Of a stretch of 64,000 bases of DNA, positions 11,522 through 21,300 are shown piece after piece. Source of the DNA: Macrostomum lignano (lineage: Eukaryota); contig NIVC01000016.1 in the NCBI GenBank assembly GCA_002269645.1, forward strand, positions 62,001 to 126,000, in the 5' to 3' direction. Both the position numbers and the translations under genes were made by a program. Each line of letters opens with the position of its first letter. Positions within the stretch are counted from its first letter, which is position 1. Under the pieces are notes generated by a model. That model was not told the origin of the DNA, ran no database searches, and saw nothing but the letters and a program-made list of their open reading frames with translations.

Positions 11522-13377
11522 GAAACAATTGGAAGAAGAAGACCTCAGTAAATTTCGTTTGCCTAAACGTTCTGTTACGCATTTGCGTATAGCCTGCCTG
11601 GTGTCTGTCTGCCCAACTTGAAGGCAGGAAGACTCTCAAACCAGTCACCCACCCTCCTCTAATCCGAGAACGCGTTTATTGAGCCAATTTGGGAGCCTCA
11701 CCATGCCGAATTTCTCCTCGCTAGGAGAGGGGGCCACGCAGAGTAGCAACAGGTGCTGAGGTCGGCGGGATCAGGCCATTTCTGAGCACGCGCGGTCCTA
11801 TGTCGAGGCTGTTTGTCTGTTTTCAAGTGCAGCCTGGCGTCACACTGTGGCTACACAGCGAGGGAGCCTGTTAGCCTTGCCAACAATTTTTGCAGCCCCA
11901 CTGAGGCGTTGTTGGCACAGCCGGCTAAAAGTTACCTTTAGAGAAATCAGAGCGACATTTCCAGAGCACTGGATTTTGGATTTTAGAAAGCTGATTTCGC
12001 GAGTGCACGCAGGTGGTGCAACAGACAGACAGTTGTTGGGATTCGTATTAGACTCACTGCAAAGCATGAGAACTGCTGGAATGCAATTCTAACTTAGTTC
12101 TGATAATCCTATTAGCCAATGCAGTATTTGCACTGTGCAGTATTTGCACAGTAGGAATTCGCTCTGACTCGGGTTGGGTGGGTGAGTGGGTGAATCGAAC
12201 TAACCAAACGGCGCCATCAAAACGTACAGCTGCCAGCCGTGTAAATTCCTCTACTATAAAAACTGCAGTGTTGACGATTATATTTGCTCTTGGAGTTGGC
12301 GATGTTGCAGACAGTTTCTGTTGCTGAGCTGTGCTCAAGTGTTTGTTGAATTAGAAAGTGTACAAGTGTCCGTGCTTGGACAATTAGAAAGTCAAAGGGC
12401 CGCTGTACACCCTGTTTGATCGTGTGTGAGTGCGTGCCTGAGTGTACAGTATTGGCGTGCGGTCCGTAGACAGCGGAGTGAGCAGAATTGCATGCAGTCA
12501 CACAAAATTTAGCCACGTTTGATGGCTTTTTAGCCGACGTCCTTGAGGGGCCGGTAAAATTTACAAATAAATTTTCTGCTTACTCTACTATAAGTAGGAA
12601 GCAAATGAATAATTGAAGTAGATTGAATTTGTTCTGCTAACTGAGTCAGAATCAGGTTCTATTTTGTCTGTTGCAAATGTCACTCGAAGAATCGTATTCC
12701 TCCATGTGACCGAGTTATACACGATCGGTCGCCGTACTTTGGAATTTAGTCCGCTCAATACCACAGAACACCTCGTATACACAGAATGCTCAATAAGGCT
12801 CCTGCTGAAAATTCGCACAGTCTTCTCATTTTGAAAACTTAATTCTCAGTGGTACGAATTAGATTTCTGTGTATTCTGTGTACATACAGTGGTTAAAGAA
12901 ATGTGATTCAGTCAGTTGCGGGTAAACGTTGAGAAGGAATTTTAGAAAAGAATCTATTTTTGCGGCGCCCAATCTGAGTTCACGATCAAAAAGTCTTATA
13001 GTGGTAGAAATTCTCGTCTGAACTGGCACTGCGGGTGAAACCGAGTTCCGGAAGCCCCTCTCATCCTCAGGCAAAAGAAACAATGTCAAACAAAACAAAA
13101 AGCAATTTTTACATGTTTGCAACATCCGGGTTTGCAACGCTTCAGCTGCCATTGTTGCAACCCGCCATTGTTCTACCGCTCGCTCCTCTGCATCCGCAGG
13201 CAAACTTTAGAACGAAAAATCGACAGATTCATTCTCGGAATTCATCTCCCAAAAATGCATAAATTCGGAAACAAATGCGCACAGGGAATAGAGAGGCAAG
13301 CAGACCAACAGTCCAAAACCTGTAGGAGACCTTGGAGCCTGCAGCTCACAATAAACTGTAACTGATCTGATCCTTGA

Positions 13378-14136
13378 ATGCTGCTGCAAGCTGTGCTATC
13401 ACTACTGCTGCTGTGGGTCCCTGCGGTGCTGTCCGAGTCCTGCAGCTCCGCCAGGCTGAAATTCCACCGAACCACCGGACTGGACTGCGTGAGCTCCGAC
13501 TTCACCAGCATCGTGTCCGGTCTGTGCACTCCGCTCGAATGCAGCTACGTCTGCGCTAGGAAGGACAAGTGTCAGGCCTTCTCAGTGCTGACAGCTGGAG
13601 CCTGTCAGTGCAAGCTGTTCCTGTTCGATGCGTGCAGTCACCGTGTGCAGTCTGTGCCGAGCTGCACTCATCAGGTGACTGTGTATGTGAGGTCTCTGCC
13701 CGGCGTACCTCCGGGTCGCCTGTGTCCGTCCGGATACGAGCACACGAGACACGGCACCTCGTACAAGCTGGTCACGTCGGAGACACTCACCTGGAACAAC
13801 GCCAACCTGTCCTGCAGTGCGGATCCCGGACTGACCAAGTTCTCTGATGCGATCGACCTCGATGAGGCTCTGCACCTGAGGTCGCTGAAGCAGCTGATTG
13901 ACAGCTCCTCCGATTTTTTCCTTGGCGGATCTGGAACTTCGAATGCGCACTCTGACTGGTTCTGGGCCGCCTGCAACCTGCCCGTGAATGCCAGCGTATG
14001 GCACTCTGGAGAGCCGAACGGTGCCGCGTCATTGGAGTGCACCAATCTTTGGCATGGCCATTCAACTGGAGGCGTTGACGATGACTCCTGCAGCAGTGCT
14101 CGCAGGTACATCTGCGAGTGCCAGTCCGTGTTCTGA
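13378..14136 (+). CDS. Secreted PAN/apple-like + C-type lectin domain protein, single exon (252 aa)
   Basis: Signal peptide MLLQAVLSLLLLWVPAVLS; PAN-type Cys pattern (PLECSYVCARKDKCQAFSV...CQCKL); CTLD with LTWNNANLSC, FFLGG, WFW, WHSGEPNG..EC, DDSC and YICE. Confidence 0.88.
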   Translation: MLLQAVLSLLLLWVPAVLSESCSSARLKFHRTTGLDCVSSDFTSIVSGLCTPLECSYVCARKDKCQAFSVLTAGACQCKLFLFDACSHRVQSVPSCTHQVTVYVRSLPGVPPGRLCPSGYEHTRHGTSYKLVTSETLTWNNANLSCSADPGLTKFSDAIDLDEALHLRSLKQLIDSSSDFFLGGSGTSNAHSDWFWAACNLPVNASVWHSGEPNGAASLECTNLWHGHSTGGVDDDSCSSARRYICECQSVF

Positions 14137-14680
14137 AGCAGCGTCTTGAGTAGCAAAGAATTTACAAAAGAAGCGAGCGGTCTCGATGCAGTTCAGTGAA
14201 GCGTTTACGTGAAAATTTTTATGCCCAATTTAACTGCATCACGTCTAGGAAATTTTCGTCGAGTCTTTAAAACACTCAGCAATAACTATATCTAACTCAA
14301 ATAAAATATTGAGAATTTTCAGATAAATTTGATCTTTAAAAGGCCTGTCTGGTAAGCTGCAATAAACATGTGAATGTTTTTAATTCATTTATTTATTTGT
14401 CGAGAGTTGAACTGGGTTCTTACCGTAGCTGTGAAAGTTAATAATCTACACAATAATTGAAACAAACATTCTACTTTTAACAAAATCAAGATCAAATTGA
14501 ATTCAACGTCTGAGCCAGCTGAGCTGAGCTGGGCACGAGTCCACAGGATAGCAACGGCGTATTTATGATGGAAGAGAGACCGCGCATTTGCCATCGAACT
14601 TTTTTCTTTTCTAAAACTACTGTCAGTAGCCCAAATTGATTGCAGCAATCTTTTTATTTATTGAATCTTTGAAAAGTATC

Positions 14681-15430
14681 AAAAATTGTTGGGAATAAGA
14701 CTGCGGGAAATTCGAGCGTCCACGGCTGGCAAAAGAGTCGAGGTTAACTGCCGCCAGCCATTCAGCGCGGCACCGCGGCACCAGCAGCCGGGAGCTCTTT
14801 GAGTTGAGTCCGCGGCCTCTCCACCGCCTCGGGTCGCGGCTGCGTGAGCTGTCAAGCCGGCGGGCGGGCGCCCGTCTCCTCTGCCGGGCCTGGCAGAGCG
14901 GCACCGCCCCTCCTGCCTGGACGGCAGTCGGGGTTCGGCTGCGGACAGCCCCCCAGCCCACCCTTGCTTGGACTCAGCGCGCAGGAATGCGCCGCAGAGC
15001 TCGCGCCAAGGCGGGACTGGAAGCCGACACCGCAAAGCGACCCACCAAAGCCAGGCAGCCGGCCGGCAGGTCGCTCCAACCGTTCTAGGAAATTCCTGAG
15101 AGCGGAATCGCCTCGGTGCGATGCTCCGCCAGCTCGACTCCCGCGGTCCCGCCCTCACGCCCGCTAAGGTGTGCGGGTAGGTCGCGTACTCGAATTCCCC
15201 GGCCAGCAGATTGCCGGCCAGGATGGCCGAGTTCGCCATGCCCGCACGTTTTGGCCGAAGGCGGTTTCTGTCTCCGCTGGATGAGATCCGTGAAGTGCGG
15301 GGGTTCGAACCCGCGACCTTCAGAACCGAATCCAAGCGGAGGGTTGCGCGTCCACTCCGCGATGGGAGAAGTCGCTAACCACCCGGCTACGTGGGGACTT
15401 GAGCTGTAGGGCGCTGGAGGTTCTAGTCGA
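14681..15430 (-). ncRNA. Putative structured non-coding RNA / tRNA-headed element (family unknown)
   Basis: Minus strand: A-box-like TAGCCGGGTGG (15389-15379); tRNA-like anticodon/variable/T arm TTGGA-TTCGGT-TCTGA-AGGTC-GCGGGTTCGAACCCC (B box 15312-15301); many hairpins; long-range helices; no T4 run for about 690 nt until 14734-14731, then T5 at 14685-14681. G-U pairs indicate the minus strand. Confidence 0.45.
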
Positions 15431-15452
15431 TTCATTTTTCAACCGTAACGGC

Positions 15453-15460
15453 TTTTTATA
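15453..15460 (-). promoter_or_regulatory. TATAAAAA box upstream of the GC-rich structured element
   Basis: Reverse complement of TTTTTATA at 15453-15460, about 30 nt before the GC-rich segment begins and about 65 nt before the A box. Function is inferred only. Confidence 0.3.
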
Positions 15461-16156
15461 GAGTGAAAAGAGAGAGAAAGAATTCCAAGCCGATCTGCAA
15501 TTGAAAGAAAATTCCTTTTTCAATAGCGTGGAATGAGAGCAATGGTGTTAATAGTTGTAGGGTGACCGCATGGCCTCAACGTCTTAAATTTTTACAGGAA
15601 ACGGCGTTGCATTGTAACCCCCAGTGCATGCCATACTGAAGTAATCTCCTTTCACTTAATGGCAGATGGTTCATTTTGGTTTTTGGCATCTTTTATGCTA
15701 CCTAAGTAACAAGGACTATTGGGGGTCTTTGGTCTCGCTATTGGTTAGCGGAACGGACAGCGATGCCTATAGCTTCAGGAACAGCTGGCTATCCTGGAGG
15801 ACGCAGCATCCTGGGACCAAGCCCTGGTGTGCCCAGTACACTCTTAATCTTGCAAGACACTCTCAATCATCGGGCTACGTCCCCCATTAAGCGACTCGGA
15901 GTCGTCTCTTCTACGCCTCATACGTCTACTGGCCGTCTACTTTGATAACCACTGCATATATCACTTAGATAGGCCTACTCCGGCTTCAACCCAGTTCTGC
16001 ACAGCGGTACTCATTTTCATGATACGGCACGTCTCTTCGATTCACCTGTCCCGTTCGGACCAACCAACCTTAAGCCGGTCAACCTCTGGCTTAGACCGTG
16101 TGACGTTGCAAACATTTTGCAGTTGCCTTGCTGTCATGATTCTCAGATTCCAGGTT

Positions 16157-16192
<36 letters not shown>

Positions 16193-18348
16193 TAAAGATA
16201 CGTACGTTACATGTAGAGGTTACGCACTTGCACAAGGCGTAAAGAAAGCTCTGAATTTCTCTTCGCCACGCAAGTACAAGCAAGAATATCATATTAACCC
16301 CCAAAATGTTAGGCCACGACAATAGAAAATTCTCCATAAGCAATACATGGAAAAAATTAATTGTGGGGTCCATTTGAATTTTTAGAGTTTGAGAGATGAG
16401 TGTGTGTTCGATCCACTTCTTATAAAATTAAACACAATTTCGTGAAAAAAAATATTTTCTCTGATGTGCATTTTTGCCTGGAACTAGCATCCAAAGATCT
16501 TCTTAGAAGCGAAGCTTCTCCTTCTACTCAATTTGTCCTTGATATCGTCCTTGCATCGAATCCAGGTGCATGTACTTTGGCTCGAGAGTAGGACATGTTA
16601 ATTAAAAATGTACTTTGTTGCAGGGTTTCGGCCTTTTGACCCCTCTAGATCCGCCATTGATCAGTAAGAACTCTTTCATATGACTAATATGAGTTAGATT
16701 TCAATTCACTTAAATTATGTTGGACCCCGTCCGCAAGGATAACGCTATTTGCTTTTTATTATCGTGGACGCGGTCGCCGTTCCTAGAAAGGCGTGCTTAA
16801 GCACGCATGAATGAGCACTTGCACAGAAACATGGTGGCTTACATAGCCTCATGTTAATTTTGTTTGACCTATAAGAGATGGTTAGATATTATGTAGTTGA
16901 GAGCCTAGTTTAGTCAATTTAGTTATAGTTACGCTGTGCAGAAAATAAATTTTACCCATGCCAGGGCTTTATGAAGTGAATTAGTGAATAATATTTTTTG
17001 AGATCTAATGAATATTTTACATGAATTCAGAACACAAAATATCAAATTTTAATAGCTAATGTGTATTAGTTACTGAAAATCGCAATCACTGCTACCTTTA
17101 ATTAAATAAGCAATTTTTATAATGTTTATTGAACAAAATGTTTATTGAGGACCTAATTGCTAATGCTATGCTAATTGCTAACTATAATTTTAATTTTGAT
17201 AGCCACAACATATATCATTTAGATAGGCTTATGCTTTGTTACTAATCTATAAAAAATCTTTTACAGTAAGCAAAACATAGAAAATGAAAGATATAACTTA
17301 GCTTTTTATTTATTAATTCTTAGGCTTAAGGGGTTGCAAATGTTTTAATATTTTAATTTTATTTTTTTTAAATAAATTGTATTTCACATTTTGTTCAGTT
17401 TGATATTTATTCCATAATAGTTTAATATGATTATGTCATTGTTTGATTACTTTGCAAATTCTTTGACTTTGTTGTAATAAAATGTCCTATAAATATTAAT
17501 ATATCAATAAAAATAAGAATTTATTAATTATTAGGCCTAATTATATACAAATTTCTAAAAAAAACCATACTCAATAAAGTGGCCTGCATGCCAGAATTTT
17601 GATGAACAAGATTTTGCATGAAATATTTAATGCTTGCTGATATTTTGCATAAGAATATTTATATATGCATATAAATATATTCATTATATAATTTATCTAT
17701 TTATAAATTATTTTGGTTTTTCATATATATCATGGCATATACCATCATAACAAAGTTATCCATAGAAGTCCAAAATTTAGACCTTAGACTTAAAGCTAGA
17801 TGTATTTTAATTTGATCCTATATTGGGATTTATGTTTCATTTGAAATATCTTTATTTTCATAATTTTTAGGGTTCTTAGGACTTTTTCAACTTTTGTTAA
17901 ATATGAAAAATGGTTAGGTATTTTATCTTTTGGTATACAATATGCATGTGCCCATGTAGTTTTTAGACTATATCATATATGCTTGTACCATTAATATACT
18001 ATCTCTAGGTAGGATAGATTCCCTAATCCCAAAATCCAAAGATCCCAGCAAAAATAAAGATCTTGATCCTGCTCAATCTCAAAGTCTATACTACTCATAG
18101 TATAAGCCTTTACTACTCATAGTATGGTCAAACACTCAATTGTGAATTGTGCAACATATCTTTCTATACATATAGGCAGAAAAAAGTTCATTGCATATAG
18201 ACTGCAGCATTTTTATATTCATTATTTTTTATACATATCACATTAGCCAAGCTATTAAAATGTAATTAATATTTCACTGCTTCAGTCTGCAGAAGAAGGA
18301 GAAGCAGAAGCAAGAGGAGCAACTGCAGCTGTCGTCACCTGCACGGCT

Positions 18349-21300
18349 ATGGCGGCCTGCGACTATCGCGCCTGGCACGAGCGCCTCCGAGCAGTGGCGC
18401 CAGAGACTCGCGCAGTCCCACTGAGCGAGTCCTTCATCAGCTACCTGCTGGCCGATGGCATGCAACTGCCGCCCCATCATCAGGCCGGTGTCAATGGCGT
18501 TGCCAATGGCAACGATAGCGACGATAGCAACAGTCAATCCAGCTTTGCATTGAGCGATGACGATGCAGACCTCAGGCAGGTTGGCAACGATCCCGACAGC
18601 TTGTTTCCCGAGCTCAAAGCTGAGGTACACGAGGGTGTTTGAGCAGGTCTTCTTACTACTCAAGCTTGCTTGCTTGCTTCTAGCAGTGTGTAGATTATCT
18701 TTCTCTGACAGATCTTTACGATTCTATATTGCAATCTTTTTTCATCGCTATTAAACTTAATCACAGGCACTTTGAATGCCACATATCCAATAATCCTTGA
18801 TCCCAGACAGTGAGATCCCATATCCAATAATCCTTGATCCCAGACAGTGAGATCCCATATTCAATAATCCTCAACCCCAGACAGTGAGATCCCATATCCA
18901 ATAATCCTTGATCCCAGACAGTGAGATCCCATATCCAATAATCCTTAATCCCAGACAGTGAGATCCCATATCCAATAATCCTTGATCCCAGACAGTGAGA
19001 TCCCATATCCAATAATCCTTGATCCCAGACAGTGAGATCCCATATCCAATAATCCTTAATCCCAGACAGTGAGATCCCATATCCAATAATCCTTGATCCC
19101 AGACAGTGAGATCCCATATCCAATAATCCTTAATCTCAGACAGTGAGATCCCATATCCAATAATCCTTGATCCCAGACAGTGAGATCCCATATCCAATAA
19201 TCCTTGATCCCAGACAGTGAGATCCCATATCCAATAATCCTTAATCCCAGACAGTGAGATCCCATATCCAATAATCCTTGATCCCAGACAGTGAGATCCC
19301 ATATCCAATAATCCTTAATCCCAGACAGTGAGATCCCATATCCAATAATCCTTAATCCCAGACAGTGAGATCCCATATCCAATAATCCTTGATCCCAGAC
19401 AGTGAGATCCCATATTCAATAATCCTCAACCCCAGACAGTGAGATCCCATATCCAATAATCCTTGATCCCAGACAGTGAGATCCCATATCCAATAATCCT
19501 TAATCCCAGACAGTGAGATCCCATATCCAATAATCCTTGATCCCAGACAGTGAGATCCCATATCCAATAATCCTTAATCCCAGACAGTGAGATCCCATAT
19601 CCAATAATCCTTGATCCCAGACAGTGAGATCCCATATCCAATAATCCTTGATCCCAGACAGTGAGATCCCATATCCAATAATCCTTAATCCCAGACAGTG
19701 AGATCCCAAATCCAATAATCCTTGATCCCAGACAGTGAGATCCCATATCCAATAATCCTTAATCCCAGACAGTGAGATCCCATATCCAATAATCCTTAAT
19801 CCCAGACAGTGAGATCCCATATCCAATAATCCTTGATCCCAGACAGTGAGATCCCATATTCAATAATCCTCAACCCCAGACAGTGAGATCCCATATCCAA
19901 TAATCCTTGATCCCAGACAGTGAGATCCCATATCCAATAATCCTTAATCCCAGACAGTGAGATCCCATATCCAATAATCCTTAATCCCAGACAGTGAGAT
20001 CCCATATCCAATAATCCTTAATCCCAGACAGTGAGATCCCATATCCAATAATCCTTAATCCCAGACAGTGAGATCCCATATCCAATAATCCTTGATCCCA
20101 GACAGTGAGATCCCATATCCAATAATCCTTAATCCCAGACAGTGAGATCCCATATCCAATAATCCTTAATCCCAGACAGTGAGATCCCATATCCAATAAT
20201 CCTTGATCCCAGACAGTGAGATCCCATATCCAATAATCCTTAATCCCAGACAGTGAGATCCCATATCCAATAATCCTTGATCCCAGACAGTGAGATCCCA
20301 TATCCAATAATCCTTGATCCCAGACAGTGAGATCCCATATCCAATAATCCTTAATCCCAGACAGTGAGATCCCATATCCAATAATCCTTGATCCCAGACA
20401 GTGAGATCCCATATCCAATAATCCTTGATCCCAGACAGTGAGATCCCATATCCAATAATCCTTAATCCCAGACAGTGAGATCCCATATCCAATAATCCTT
20501 GATCCCAGACAGTGAGATCCCATATCCAATAATCCTTAATCCCAGACAGTGAGATCCCATATCCAATAATCCTTAATCCCAGACAGTGAGATCCCATATC
20601 CAATAATCCTTAATCCCAGACAGTGAGATCCCATATCCAATAATCCTTAATCCCAGACAGTGAGATCCCATATTCAATAATCCTCAACCCCAGACAGTGA
20701 GATCCCATATCCAATAATCCTTGATCCCAGACAGTGAGATCCCATATCCAATAATCCTTAATCCCAGACAGTGAGATCCCATATCCAATAATCCTTAATC
20801 CCAGACAGTGAGATCCCATATCCAATAATCCTTAATCCCAGACAGTGAGATCCCATATCCAATAATCCTTAATCCCAGACAGTGAGATCCCATATCCAAT
20901 AATCCTTAATCCCAGACAGTGAGATCCCATATTCAATAATCCTCAACCCCAGACAGTGAGATCCCATATCCAATAATCCTTGATCCCAGACAGTGAGATC
21001 CCATATCCAATAATCCTTGATCCCAGACAGTGAGATCCCATATCCAATAATCCTTAATCGCAGACAGTGAGATCCCATATCCAATAATCCTTAATCCCAG
21101 ACAGTGAGATCCCATATCCAATAATCCTTGATCCCAGACAGTGAGATCCCATATCCAATAATCCTTGATCCCAGACAGTGAGATCCCATATCCAATAATC
21201 CTTGATCCCAGACAGTGAGATCCCATATCCAATAATCCTTAATCCCAGACAGTGAGATCCCATATCCAATAATCCTTAATCCCAGACAGTGAGATCCCAT

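Noticed and set aside
12588-13203. Two adjacent minus-strand ORFs, one with a hydrophobic Cys-rich start
   Set aside because: Different frames separated by stops, codon usage unlike the real exons, and no recognisable domain; cannot be supported as gene or pseudogene.
15290-15400. Intact tRNA gene
   Set aside because: No pairable acceptor stem, a 6-nt anticodon loop, and an insertion of about 37 nt between the D and anticodon arms; tRNA-derived at most.
14681-15430. Identity as telomerase RNA, RNase P/MRP, SRP, 7SK, or hammerhead/HDV ribozyme
   Set aside because: No CCCTAA-type template; CR-I/CR-V consensus not met (only partial words such as AAGTCCCC); no SRP helix-8 GNRA/AGCAG motif; no paired GAUC motifs; no CUGANGA core. 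A covariance search is needed to exclude divergent members.
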